From Epiperipatus broadwayi (lineage: Eukaryota; Animalia; Onychophora): a DNA stretch of 64,000 nt. Below are positions 50,301 through 64,000 of this stretch, piece by piece. Location of the stretch: assembly GCA_028023455.1 (NCBI GenBank), contig JAQFVV010000002.1, positions 29,078,001 through 29,142,000 of the forward strand. Reading direction: 5' to 3'. The translations under genes were made by a program, and so were the position numbers. Every line of letters begins with the position of its first letter. Within the stretch, counting starts at the first letter, position 1. Under the pieces are notes generated by a model, which had not been told where the DNA came from, did not search any database, and worked only from the letters and a program-made list of their open reading frames with translations.

Positions 50301-53199
50301 TCTTTAGATCACTAAACAAAATACAGAGAGACGTATATTAAAAGTAATGAAAAAAATTGAAAAACAAATCCGTCAATAAGAGAGAATCGCTGACAATATT
50401 GAAAAAATAAAGACAGTGAAATGGAATTGGGTTGATCATATTTCTTACTGAAATGATAATAGATGGACCATTGAAATTTTAAGTGGAATCTAAGAAATTG
50501 TGAAAGATGTATATAGAGTCTACTGTGAATTCAGTAGCCGAAATAAAAAAGTTTGCTGCAGTGCGGTGGAGAATGTCTGCATTTTTGGCACACCACAGAT
50601 GGAGAGATTTTTTTCCATGCACAACGGGTTGATAATGTTTGAAAATGATGATGAAATATAATTGAATATATAAATATATACATTATTAAACTATGGATGT
50701 TTAATTGGAATCTACAATATCTTGAGATTTATTTATAAAAATGTAAAAACAACAGTTTTTCATTATACGTTGCTCAAAATTAGAAAAAAAATGAACAAAA
50801 TTTTATTGAATGGCAAAAAAAAATTCACTGAAATAAATATCAAAATTATAATCAAATTAATAAATTCAGAATTACTTTAATAAATTATTTCCTCACAAAA
50901 TTGTAAACTTTTACAAAGAATGAAACAAAGCAGTCATAAATATAATAGATTAGCATATTTTTAATTTTATTAATGCTACAACCCCTTTGTAAAATCAATG
51001 GATGCTACTAAAATGGTGGTAGATCTTTGGATCGTGACTTATCTTCGCATCTTGACTATAAGAATTATAAAATCTCATAAAGTTCTGCCTTCATAGATAT
51101 AGTATTTTCAGATTGATTTTATTCAAACTGTGTATTCTGCTTTCTGAAATTCAAGAAAGATGGCAGCACTGATTGATTATTTCAGCTGGGAAATCAGTAA
51201 TATTGAAATACTTTCACTATCCTTTTTGCAAATTATTTAAAGGAATTTGTAGATAACGTGTTAAACACCATGACTAAAATATTTGGAATATAGTATCGTT
51301 TAGCTTACTGTTTAGAAATACAAACAAACTGTTTTATAATCAAACCTTACTTTCATTAGACCTTTCATATTCTTAACTTGAATCACAAAACGGACTTAAA
51401 AATATTTTGTGAATTTGGTTAGCAATTATGTTTCTCTCTTTTTTTAATGCTTCAACAAATTTATTTATACAAATAAGTTTATAATATAACAGCGTTGTTA
51501 TTTATCCATTTTTTTAGTTTTGACAATATACTAATAAAAAAATTAAGTTAATTTCTTTTAAACTTCTATCATGTCAGACAATTCATACTCGAATTGCTGC
51601 CCATGCCATTTACAAAACTAAATATCAAAATTATAATAATGAACTTAAAATTAGTACAATAAATTATTTTCTCAGAAAATTATAAACTTATACACAGAAT
51701 CAAACAAACCTGTCATAAAGAAAGTAAATTAGGATACATTTAATTTTATTAATACTACAATACCATTGTAAAATCAATTCACGCTGCTAAATTGGTGGTA
51801 AACCTTCCGATCGTGATTTATCTTCCTTTTGTTGACACCACCATACTGATTATCAGAATCTTAAAAAGTCATAAAGAGTTTTGTCTTCATAAGCACAGTA
51901 TTTTCAGATTGATTTTCTTTAAAACGTATATTCAGTTTTCTGCAATTCACGAGAGATGGCAGCACTGACTGATTATATCAGGTGGTGAAATCAGTATATT
52001 CAAAGATTTTCTTCACACTTTTGCTAATTATTTAAAAGGATTTGTAGATAACCTTTAAAATCCCATGACTAAAATATGTAATATAGAATGTTTTAGATTA
52101 CTGTTTCGAAATACAAGCAAATCTGTTTTTCAGTCAAAAGCTTACTTTCATTAAATTTGAATATCCTTAACGCAAATGTGAAACTAAGCATAAAAGACAT
52201 TTACTGACAGTGATTACAATTCCGATTTCTTATTTTGTACGTGAGTAAAACGTCCTACCTATAGTTCACTATTTACCTGTTTTGGTATTATTTCATGTAT
52301 AGTTTTCTCTGTTGTAAAACGAATTGCTTTCTGTCAATATTCACAATAGAAGCAGCCACTGTAAAAGAGAAACAACAAATATCTCATGAAAATACTGGTA
52401 TTCAAGACAATTGAAAGGACTATTTTGTTGCACAAAACAAACACGATTTGGAAATTTGTTTTATTTGTCATCAAAATGTTATATTAAATAAAGGATAACA
52501 TTTTTTATCATTATACCATGAAAATAAAAATCATTTAAAGCCTTTATTTTTCATGGTTGTTCAATAAGATGTGAAAAAAAGTCAATAATTATAGCAACAT
52601 TCTTTACCATTAGTATGTGTGATGGTTAAGTAGAGGAATAGGTCTGGGTTTTTTACACCAAGAAATTATTTTTGGTATACAACAAAGCAATAAAGTTTAG
52701 TGCAAAGTTGAAAATGATGAGTTGTTTTGTCATTTAACTCTGCTGGTGCAACATCACAGAAACACCTGATGAATTCATTCGTGCATTACATGCTGAAAAG
52801 CTAACGTCTAGTATGAACAAATACAAAAACAAACACTGCATCATTTTCTAATCATAATAAAACTTTAAGAAGATGGCAGTGATATTTTTGTAAAAACCGA
52901 TATTATCACTTTAAACTATTTAGTTGCTTCATACAATATTTCAGGATTAAAGAATATTAAGAATTGTCTATGACTTGTGGAAAATCCTTCGTACTTAGAA
53001 ACAGCAATTGTTATATAAATAGCTTCACTGGTCTACTATTATGCAAAATTCTTTGAAAAATTCATCGAGCTTAAAATGAAATGAATCTGGAGATTATATT
53101 TAAAGTCGTAGGGAAAGGAGAATGACTAATATAAAACATTAGTACCCAAAAAATACAAAACTATTCAGTATTAAAAATGGTAGAATACAATTGGCTACT

Positions 53200-54200
53200 T
53201 TTGTTCCATGTTATTAGTAAAGTAAGCAACTTCTATTTAAAGAAAGTTCAAATGATATTGTAGTCACCATCCTGATAGACAATTTTTATCCAAACAAAGT
53301 TCATAATCCCCAATACAAATTGGCCATAATATCTACTTTGAGCTGTTTCTTCATATTTTGTACATATAGATTTAAATTTTCATAAAAGTCTTTGGAATTA
53401 TGTAAATGAGGTTCAAGCAGATCTCAATTTATGGAATGGGTAGAGTTAAACATCATACATTTACTTTATGATAGTCAACCAGGAGGAAGGTTCTATTCAT
53501 TCATATTGGGGGAACAGAAACAATTACTTATATGTTTTATTTTGACAAAAAAATGATTCAGTGTTATCTGCTGAACTATTGATATTTAACCATTTTCTCC
53601 ATAGCCACCATAAACCAAACCAATTTGGGATCTGCATTTCTATTGTTCATAGCTATCTTTAGTTGGAATTTAATAAAATATTAATAGAGACTTTCCATTC
53701 CCATTTTCCTATAATATATTTAACAAATTTTTAATAACAGCTGTGGGAGGGTTCACCTCTAGTGAATATGGTAATAATTTATTGAGGTTGGACTAAAGTT
53801 AGTATTAGTCATCTTTATAACCAATTCTTATCTACCAAAGTACCAATATTGTTGACAAATTTACAAAATCACTGGACAATACCAGGAAAGAAAAATGAAA
53901 AGTTATCATAGACAAAAAAAAAATTTTCAACGGCTTCCCCTTGATACTTTTATGAAAGCTTGATTGGTGTAAAAGCATATCTAAAAGAGCCACTAGCATT
54001 CCTCCAATCAGATTATCATTCTTATATACTTCTAAGCCTAAGAATAATAGAATGAGGAAAAGCATCATTAGAGTAGATTTGCAAACATACCTTTCACAAT
54101 GTTCCTATAATAGCAAACTTAAACCATGTTTAGATGCTTGTGAAATTGAACTTACTCTTGCTTGAATTAAATTAGAAAATACCCCAGAAGCACCAGCCTT
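53200..54200 (-). pseudogene. Highly decayed L1/Tx1-like RT fragment
   Basis: Eroded motifs in plausible order on the minus strand (RGEPSHS, SSADNT, NLIYIIPKTF). Many stops. Confidence 0.3.
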
Positions 54201-54229
54201 TCAAAACAATTTAAGACCTAAAGGTAATT

Positions 54230-54400
54230 CAGTCATATTATTTATACAGAAAGTATTCTTACAAGTTGCGAGCAAAACTATAACAGTATTAAAATCAAAG
54301 AAAGCGTGTAATGATTCAAAAAATTATCACCAAATATCATTATTAATTGTTCAGTGTAAACTTTTTCGAATGAATCACATTTTAAAATTTTATTTAAAAG
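54230..54400 (+). pseudogene. Short non-LTR RT fragment
   Basis: AKTITVLKSKKACNDSKNYHQISLLIVQCKLF resembles the A.+I.+LK..K..D.KNYRPISLL motif. Confidence 0.5.
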
Positions 54401-55949
54401 AAATCTAAATGATAAAGAAAAGTTTATAATACCACAAATAGGGTTATCTCAGACGTGTACCAGAATGAAAAAAATTCAACGCTCTGACAGACTAATTTTC
54501 TAATAGTGAATTAGAAAGGGGGAGAACAAATTTTCTTCAGCTGATTACTCACCCAAACATTGGTTTCCCATTCACAGATACGAAAACAATACGTTCTTGA
54601 AATAAATCAACGAAACCAGCGCCGATAAGCATTTCTTGGCCTGGAAAATCCGTCGGGACCAAGAATGTCATATTTGGTATAAGCTGCATGTTATACTACA
54701 TTTAAAGCAAACATGATTGATTTTCCCCAAGCACAAAATAAAATATGATTAATACGTTGGAGTATAAATTATAAGGCGGGTGAAAATTTACGTCTCCAAT
54801 TTAATGAAACAACAAACTCAGAAAATACTCTGATGTAATGATTTTAAATTAATAAAATATTAAATCTAGGTTGAAAAGAAAACAGCATTTAAAACTGGCG
54901 AATCCCCAACCAAACGATTGGCCAAATCTAATCTAAGAATAATAATTAGAGGTCTCAGTAGGAGACAAGTAAATAATTAGAAAAGCAATTACATCTGCCC
55001 AAGCATTTCAAGAGAGTGAACTAATTATAATTACAAATAAATTTACAAACCAAGTTCTGAGTACACACTGGTAAAATTTAAAGTCACATGTAAAAGACAC
55101 AATAAATCTAGCAAGCTAAATATAAACGTTCCTAGATTTTTATAAGTTAGATTATCAGAAATTGAGGCTACAGAATTATTTTAGATTGAGTGGAGATTTA
55201 ACTAAAACAATTTACCCTGGAAAGAATAAAAGAAAATATTTACCTTACGGTAAAGCAAAGTTTGCATATTTTGAAGGAGTGCACACTTTTATTTGAGTTC
55301 ATATATACAGGTGTTCCATTTAGACAGCAGCAAGTATAGAGGCATATTGGGAGATCTGGTTGTTATATATATATATAATCTCAGAAGTGTGTATTGTTAT
55401 TAGGGAAGAGAAACGTTTTTAAGGGTTTTTGTTCTTTAAGTTTTATAAAGTATATAATGTTTTGCGCTACCTATCAGAATGAGAGAGTAATTTGATGTCA
55501 ACTTCTCCATTGTCATTGGAGAAGAGCGGATCATGATGTTAGCTTATGCAGAATGACAAAGCTGTCCAATGTTCTAGTAAACCCAAATGCTGATCCTGAA
55601 AGACTCATTTAACTGCCATATTCCAGAACTTCTTCCAATGAGGGAATAAAGTGTTCTGGAAGATTGTCATCTTCAGCATCCATCAACGTAAACTACATGT
55701 AATTCAGCGCTTGTACAATCATCCAGATACTGCCAGTAAAACATTATAAATTTATTAACTGTAACTTAAAATATCTCTATTAACTGCAACATAAAATGGT
55801 TATTAACTGTAACTTCAAAATATTTATTAACTATAACTTAAAACACTTATAAACGCACTAGTCTGGGCTTTAAAAATATAAACTTTAAACATGCAAAATT
55901 TACAGTTTCATATTATTTAATTTCATTTTTTTAATCTTGTTTAATCTCA

Positions 55950-56810
55950 AAATTTTTTATTTATGAAAAATAATATTTACATGCTTATAAAAAACAGAAA
56001 AAAATTATGTTTTACACATCTTCAACAGTCTGGGACCATTTGTATATTGATTATCTTCTGATAAATAATAGTAAACTAATGTAGTTTTACCATTCACCTA
56101 TCATCATTGATGCAAATTGAATCTATTATTCATCTTCTGCTTAACTGATTCGATGGATCCGGTACATCAATTAACTTCCACGTTTCATTATACAAGAATT
56201 TTGATGCAACGATAAAATCTCTGTTTTTTTACTTTCCTAATAGTGTTCATGAAAAGACTGACTGGATCCGGGACAGGCACTGTGAACAATAGCCTACATC
56301 TAACATTCCATATAGCATGTACAATAAAGATGGAAAGTCTAATAATAGGAAACTGTTTAGTTTGTAAGGCTTTCCTTATAGACATGATTTTATAGTAATT
56401 CACCTTTAAGATTTGGTATATGGCTAAATTTATTTTACTGAGTCCAGGGCATGAGTAGATTATATGGTTGAATGACTCTTCTTGCCTTTTACATATTTGA
56501 CAAAAAGGGTCTATCTTATTGTAAAATCTTTTGAAATGAAGGAATTTATTTGTGGACATGGCTTCTAAGTTTATTTTAATAATGAGATTAAGGTACTTAG
56601 GCTCAAGAGTGAGAAATTTAAAAATTGTTGTTAATTTGTAGTTGGTGAGGCCAAGATTTGGATTAATTGTGGGATAATTCGGATTAATTATACTGTACAC
56701 CTCCCAGATGGTAATTTTTGATTTTTGTAATTTTTGATCTATAGTTAAATGCTGGTTAAGCGTCCAGAGCAGTTGATCAGGCCAGCACATTTTACTAGGC
56801 GGAAGACTTG
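55950..56810 (-). mobile_element. L1/Tx1-clade LINE 3' fragment with zf-RVT
   Basis: ORF 56188..56790 (200 aa) contains KIDPFCQICKRQEESFNHIIYSC and HAIWNVRCRLLF. The segment is absent from the duplicate at about 61860. Confidence 0.8.
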
Positions 56811-57571
56811 GATGATGGAGGGAATAATATTATAAAATGTTGAAACATCTTGGCATTTCATTTTTCATAGCATCCCAAGGGACATCAGGAGGTGAGAAGT
56901 TAAAAAGTAATAATATGTTGATTTTGTCAATCTGTCTTTCACCCCACCCCCCATTGTCTCAAGTAAAGGTGTTTTTTTTTTTTAGAACTTACTTACAAAC
57001 TACTGAGGGATGATAAGTGGTATAATTATTTAATTCTCTTTTTTATAAATATACTTACTTAAGAGTTGTCTTTTCAAAATATGAGTATAAATATGTAAAT
57101 AATTTCTATCTTATGACCTGTATTTTGTCCATGAGGTAAAGATATTTTAAACTATAGGAAATTTTCCAGATCTCTATATATGGGCATGATACTATATATG
57201 TAAAATTGAGTGAGCCGTAAATATCATTAAATTAATATCAGAGACAGTGGACTAAGAATCAATTATTATTATTATGGGTTGTTAAACAGTTTATCTTCTT
57301 TATATGGAAGTTAGATATAATAGCTAGATTATATAAGATTTCACTATTTTAATTCAGCTTGAGTGTAATATAATTAATATTTTATTAAATACCATAATTG
57401 CTTTACTGCATAAGTGTAGGCATCAGTGGTTATAGTAAATATATTTTGTTATCTCATTAGCATGATTTATTCTATTTATATATGCAGTGCATCCAGTCCT
57501 TTCTATATTAGGTCTGTCTGTCTGATGAGTTCTCTTCTTTGAAAACAAATTACGAATATATATATATATAT

Positions 57572-59192
57572 TGAAACAGGGCTGAGTTCGATCCCTGTTT
57601 CAAAAAGTAAACTTGCCTATATATGCGTCAATATAGCCCAATTAATTGAATTTATTTCTTTTTCATATTTATATTTCCTTTTAGTATATAAATTTATAAT
57701 TCTAAATAGGGATTTAAAAAGGTTAAAATAAACAGAAGAGGTGGGGGTCTGTGTGCTCGTTGTTTTTTGAAAATGCATGTGTGTATTTTGCTGGATAGAA
57801 TAATATGGAAAAAAAGGTATAAATGCAGATATAGAAATATGTTTTATTTTTCAAGATGGAAGCTTTTCAATTTCATTTTGGAGAAGTTAAATGAAAAAAA
57901 GATATCAAAAAGAACTTGATTGATATCTAAAGAATTTAATTACGAGATTTAAGTTTTTGATTCAAAAGAATTTCGATCAAGACAAAAGGAGAGTAAAAAT
58001 AATTTTGAGGTTTAAAAGTTTTTGCTTTGTTTCAAAAAAAAAAGAATCCAGATTTGAGTGGCAGAAGTTTCTAGAAAAAGGGGAAGGGGAGTTGGCTGTT
58101 TGGAAATCCAGTTGACGCATTAAAAATTAAAGAAAATTAGTTGATTCGCATTATCCATAGAAATGAAAAGATCTTCGTCAATTATGAGCAGGTTGGGGGA
58201 GAATCGTAAGCATGTTAGGCTTTACAGTCCTGCCCCCGAAGACACTGAAGTTGCTGCCGGATAAGCGAAGACTATTAATAGAAACCAGTCACTCCGATGC
58301 CAAGATTAAGCTAAAACAAAATATTACCAGGTAGAAAATCCATAAAGCAGATTGGACCGCTGAAATCACCTACTCTTATGGCCATTACAAATAATAGTAA
58401 TACACATTTGAAAGAAGTATTTCACCTTTGGTTTTCCATGAGGAAGAAAGAAATTCAAAATTCAGGTAATGTGCGCATTTACCACATATATTCATCTAAT
58501 AGTTCAAATGTCAGTGTGTTTTAACTACATATAATAAACTGTCTGCATAAACGTTATTTATTAACTCTTCTGAACTTAAAATGATTTTTTTTACTGTGGA
58601 TCCAGATAAATCTGATATTGTTTTCCCTTTTATTTATATTTTCTATAGCATTCTATATATTTCTAGGCAGTATAATTGTATGCATGCATTTCTCATCATT
58701 TTGAGCACAAAACAAAAAGGGTCATATAAATAGTATTGAAATAAAAGTTATAATATTAAAGTTAAAAGGAAACTTATGTATATTTGTGTTATTTCTTTGA
58801 TTTTGAGTTAGTTAGATTATTAGAATTAAAAATTAATGTAATAACTTTGATTGAAGAAAGTGTGTCTCGTGTAATATAATCCCCCATATATTTCCCATGA
58901 TTAATCAATCACCAGCCCTGAGTGAGCTAGTCTAGGGCATTTCCATATTGGTATTCCAGCTCTCCCAGCATAATTCTTATAGTAATATAAGTTTGGCGCT
59001 TGAGGTCATAAATTGACGCTCATAAATATGCTGGGCGAGAAATAGGAATATAGTTTCAAAATACTTTAAGAATTTTTTTAACAATTACGCATATACGTGT
59101 AGCGTTATATACATACACGCAATCTTACAAATGGTTATATATATGCGTAATATATATATATATATATATGGAAAACGGCAAATTCCATTACA
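57572..59192 (+). mobile_element. Solo LTR (1621 bp), related to the 30095 LTRs
   Basis: ATAT|TGAAACAGGG...CCATTACA|ATAT. It shares the ~300-bp 3' block (CCAGCCCTGAG...GGCAAAT) with the 30095/32774 LTRs. The empty site is seen in the duplicate at about 62780-62790. Confidence 0.85.
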
Positions 59193-60950
59193 ATATATAT
59201 CTATAACTTATCATTGGGCTAGGTAAGCTCAGTGGATTGAAGCTCCAAGTGGTAAATCTGAGTATCTGGTTCACACATACCCTCATTTTATGATGAGCCT
59301 TTAGCTAAAAGCAGGAGCACTTCTGAGACCTGGGATATCTTCTTCAGTTTGTGAATCATGTCACCAAGATCACTAAGTGGAACCATCTTATCATTATGCC
59401 CAGTGAACCCCACACAATAATGTAGTCCTGCAATGCTTCAAGATTCCTCCTTTATGCTAAGCTTTAGCCTAAACCTCTATAGGCATAGCCCTGTGTAATC
59501 TCTTAATTTAGCTCATACACAGTAGAGACCTAGTATTATTATGTCTAAATAATTAAAATATAGTTAATTCAAACCCATTAATTGATTGATTGGTGGTAGT
59601 GTTAATACCTTATGGTATAAATGAGCCACCCTACCTTGATGTCTATTTAGATCATCATCATCTTTGATTATATTTGTAAAAAAAAACAGTAGATTAACTT
59701 TTATTCTAATATACAAATATCTAAGCCAACCTGTTCATGGATTTTCTTTGGAAATTAGTAAATGCTATTTCTTATTAATAATGTGTTGTCATCATCATTA
59801 GATGGGTTGGAACCATATAAATAATAAATATGTAACTGGTAGTTAGAAGTTAGTAATCATGATATAGAGTCTATATGAATACTGAAGTGAGCAGAGCTGT
59901 ATGAAAAAGAGAAGCTGTGTGATTTCAAGGGTGTTAAGTATGCAGTAGAGACTAGGAAAGCTAGGTAGGATTTAAACTAGGATCATGGGGGTAGCAATAC
60001 TCTTATGTATGCTGATTGAGAATGCCTGCTTCTTCTTTCTGTCTTGTTAGAAAATTATACATGTTTGACTATTACAACATAGAATCTTCAAATCGCTAAA
60101 CAAAATATGGAGAGATGTATATTGGAAGTAACGAAAATTATTTGAAAAACCAATACATGAATGAGAGAGAATTACTGACAATATTGAAAGAAAAAAGAGA
60201 GTGGAATGGAATTTGGCTGAGCTTATTTCTTAAAGGGGTGATAATAGGTGGGCAATTGAAATTTTAAATTGAATCCAATACAGAGTGTAATATTTGTAAA
60301 GAGATTACTTGAAATCAGTGGATGAAAGAAAGAAGTTTATTGGTGTGATGCAGAAAATGTCTGCATTTACAGCAAACCACAGGTCTAGAGACTATCCTGC
60401 AATGGTTTGATCATGGTTGAAAATGGTGACAAAGTATATTTGAATTTATACATATGTTATTAATACCTATTTTCAATTTCAATCTGCTATATCTTTGGTC
60501 TGCTATTAAATACATTTCATAAAGTGTAAAATTACAGGTTTTCAATTGTATTAATTTAGGATTCTCAAACTATGAAAAACAAAAATGAACCAAATTGTGT
60601 TTAATGAAAAAAAATTCAAAGAAATAAATATCAAAATTGTAATCAAACTAATCATTTCAGAATTAGAATAATAAAATATTTTATCATAAAATTTTAAACT
60701 TATACTCAGACTCAAACAAATCATAATATTTTTAATTTTACTTTTCATAACTTCAAAAGCAATATTAGAGGCATTTATCATTGGAAGATACAAAATTGCC
60801 AGTAAATTTATGATCGTGTATGAATCTTAGAAAGTGAACGAGTTCTTGTTCATAACTATAAGGTTTTTCAATTGATTTTATTCAAAACATGTATTCTGCT
60901 TTCTGAAATTCATGAGAGGTGGCAGCACTGTTATATTATGTCAGCTGGGA

Positions 60951-61364
60951 TCTTTAGCTACAAAAGAATATACACGTAAATGGAAAAATATGGGTGATTT
61001 ATTTTGTAAATTATGTAAGGAAGGAATAAAAAATATTAGGCATTTTTTAATTGAATGTACATGTTTGGAAACAGAAAGGGTACATATAATGAAGTTGTGG
61101 AAAAATAAATATGAAAAGAGTGATTATACAGAAAGTGAATTATTGGTTTTTATGCTGGGTTTGGGAAAAGATAAGGGGGATTTAGATATAAAGGTTATAG
61201 AGTTGACAAAGATTGTGTTGTGGAAATGGGATAGAGCAGATTATGGGTAAATTTAGAGTGGGGAATGTAAAATAAAGTGGCTAACAGGTTTATCTGGGCA
61301 TAATTGCTGAGATATTCTTGACTTCGTTTAAGGAGAAGCCATAATACATCACATCACATCACAT
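60951..61364 (+). mobile_element. 5'-truncated LINE 3' end with CCHC knuckle and (ACATC)n tail, nested in a local repeat
   Basis: ORF segment FCKLCKEGIKNIRHFLIECTCLETER. Tail ACATC x4 at 61346-61365. CTGGGA is duplicated at 60945-60950 and 61365-61370, and paralogs read uninterrupted CAGCTGGGAAAT. Confidence 0.8.
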
Positions 61365-64000
61365 CTGGGAAATCAGTAATATTGAAAGACTTTCCTATAT
61401 TTATGCAAAGTATTTAAAGGATTTATAGATAACTTTTTAAATACTGTTACTAAAATATATAATATACAATATTTTAGAGGAACATTTAGAAATAGAAGCA
61501 AATTACTTAGCAATCAAAAGCTTATTTTCACGAAATCTTTCATATCCTTAATTAGAATGAGAAGTTAGTCTTAAAAGTTCTTGGTTCAATTGATAATGTG
61601 TTCTTTATTACTTAAGCTCAAAAAAATAAGATACGTAAAAAATGGCATTTATTGGGCCCCAAAGAACACATTTTGAATCATCCAGATACTGCATATAATT
61701 CATTAACTGTAACTTAAAACATCTCCATTAACAAAAACTTAAAATATTTATTAACTTTAACTCAAAACAATTATAAACACACTAGTCTGGGAGTTAAAAA
61801 ATTAATCATTCGAAATTTACTTGTTTCAAATTACTTAATTTCGTTTTTTTATATTGTTTACTGGTAAAGATGATGGAGGGAGTAATCTTATAAAATGTTG
61901 AAACATCTTGGCATTTCTCTTTTCATGGCATCCCAAGGAACAAAAGGAGGGGAGGAGATGCTAAAAGTAAAAATAGCTAAATAAAAGTTAAAAACTAATA
62001 TTATGTTGAGTTTGTAAATCTGCCTTTCTCCCCCTCCCCCACATCATCTCAAAGTAAAGGTGTTCTTCTTCTTAGAACTTACTAAGAAAAACTAGTAAGA
62101 GATTATGAGTGGTATTATTATTTAATCCTTTTTTATATAAATATACTTAAAAGATGAATATAAATACGAAAATTAATTCTATCTCACGATTTTAAACTAT
62201 AGGAATTTAAACTATAGGTATTTTAAACTATAGGAAATTGTCCAGATTCTCTATATATGTGCGGCATGATGCTATATATGTAATCTTGATCGAGCCATAA
62301 ATATCTTCCATTAAATTAATATAGTAGAGAGCAGACTAAAAATCATTTATTATTATGGGTTTTTAAGATGTTTACCTGCTTTATAAGTAAGTTAGATATA
62401 ATAGCTAAATTTTAAAACTATGATTGATATTGTAGATGGGTTAAAGCATAGAGATATGCATTGAGTGGTAATACATATAGAGAATTTTGCCTGTTTTAAT
62501 AACAGTTATAAGCAAGCATGGAAACTGGTGATCATGTGATGTTTATTGGCTTACATAAGATTTCACTATTTTATTGTAGTTTGGGTGTAAATTAATTAAA
62601 TATTATTTTATTAAATACCATAATTGCATTACTACAAATTTGTGGGCATCAGTGGTTATATTAAATTTATTTCATTACTTCATTAGCATGATTCACTTTA
62701 TTTATATATGCAATGCACCCAGTCATTGCTATATTAGGTCTGTCTGCCTGATGAGTTATCTTCTTTAAAAATAAATTCTGAATATATATAACTTATCATT
62801 GGGCTAGGTAAGCTCAGTGGATTGAAGCTCCAAGCCATAAAACCTAGTAGTACACACATACCCTCATTTTATGAATAGCCCTTAGCTAGGAGCAGGAGCA
62901 CCCCTCTGGTCTGGGGCATCTACTTCTGCTTGTGAACCATGCCACCAAGATCACTAAGTCAATCCATCTTATCATTATGACCCGTGAATCCCCACACAAT
63001 AATGTAGTCCTGTGATGTTTCAAGATTTCTCCATTACGTTAACCTTTCACCTAAGCCTCTATAGGCAAAACCCTGTGTAATATCTTAATTTAGCTTATAC
63101 ACAGTAATGCTCTTGTATTATTAAGTTTAAATAATTAAAATATAGTTATTTCAAATCCATAATTGATTGATTGATATTAGGGTTAATACCTTATGGATTA
63201 AATGAGGCACACTACTGTGATGTCTATTTAGATCACCATCATCCTTGATTATATTTGTAGAAAAACAGTAGATTATCTTTTATTCTAATATACAAATATC
63301 TAAAACACCCTGTTCATGATTTTCTTTGGTAATTAATAAATGTTATTTCTTATTAATAATGTGTTGTCATCATCCTTTGTGGGTTGGAACCATATAAATA
63401 ATAAATATATAATTGGTCATTAGAAGTTAGTAATCAAAAGGTAGAGTCTACGTGAACCCTGAACTGAGCAGAGCTGTATGAAGAAGGAAAGCTGTGTGAA
63501 GTCAAGAGTATTAATTTTTCAGAAGACTAGGAAACCTAGGTAAGAGGTTTGAACTAGGATCACAGGGGTAGTGATACCCCTATGTATACTGTTTGGAAGT
63601 GCCTGCTTCTTCTTTCGGTCTTGTTAGTAAATTAGACATGTTTGACTGTTACAGCATAGAATCTTCAAATCATTAAACAAAATACAGAAATATTTACATT
63701 AGAAGTAATGAAAATTATTTGAAAAACCAATACATAAATGAAAGAGAATTACTGAGAATATTGAAAGAAAAGAGAATGAAATAGAATTGGGCTGAGTATA
63801 TTTCTCAAAGAGGTGGGCAGTTGAAATTTTAAATTGAATCCAAGAAATTGTATAATATCTGTAAATATATTATTTGAGATCAGTGGATGAAATAAAGAAG
63901 TTTACTGATGTGATGTGAAAAATGACTGCATTTACAGCAAATCAGAGACTATCCTGCAATAGTGTGATCATGCTTGAAAATGATGACAAAGTATATTTGT

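Larger units (their letters stand above)
44450..51420 (+). repeat. Old ~3-3.7 kb tandem segmental duplication (about 44450-47330 vs 48150-51420) containing decayed RTE 3' ends
   Basis: Collinear blocks: RTE tail (44570/48270), shared AT-rich flank (45100/49100), transposase-like block (45720/49560), second RTE tail (46280/50310), and shared downstream flank. Confidence 0.75.
55715..64000 (+). repeat. Tandem segmental duplication: unit 1 about 55715-61676, unit 2 from 61677 past the window end
   Basis: Both start AATCATCCAGATACTGC and stay collinear. Unit 1 carries insertions absent from unit 2 (Tx1 fragment, solo LTR). Confidence 0.85.

Noticed and set aside
55560-55700. Minus-strand peptide MDAEDDNLPEHFIPSLEEVLEYGS as a possible host exon
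   Set aside because: Short, ends in a stop, has no clear splice sites, and matches no family I recognise.
57495-57555. CTGATGAG...GAAA hammerhead-like core (paralog at about 62749)
   Set aside because: No convincing stem I, II or III pairing, and the paralog lacks GAAA.
57572-59192. Helentron/HINE interpretation (terminal hairpin plus TTGCC/GGCAA sub-TIR)
   Set aside because: TG...CA ends, the ATAT TSD and a related paired-LTR element with PBS and PPT at 30095-33985 indicate LTRs.

Overview
Very AT-rich eukaryotic DNA, probably invertebrate animal intergenic or intronic sequence, with one 500-N gap (12003-12502). I could not support any intact host gene. The window is a mosaic of mobile-element remains: Penelope-like (PLE), L1/Tx1-like, RTE, a CCHC-type LINE tail, a probable DIRS tyrosine recombinase, probable Sola-like transposase, Ty3/gypsy-type LTRs inserted at ATAT, foldback MITEs and local segmental duplications. 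The main hidden signal is three sequence families of minimal type I hammerhead ribozymes (HHRs) with short stem III. Family A is a 3x456-bp array (21574-22974) with a 13-bp TSD and a 5' inversion, plus decayed dispersed copies. Family B is a ~400-bp array (43261-44220) with a TSD-like flank. Family C is an inverted pair (27234-27769). All three have a non-canonical A.A or U.U pair closing stem II. Families A and B share a 23-nt module (21/23 identical) upstream of the ribozyme. This looks like a retrozyme or PLE-mobilised circular-RNA system. An Illumina adapter remnant at 9572-9595 shows the assembly is locally imperfect. All structures and alignments were read by eye.
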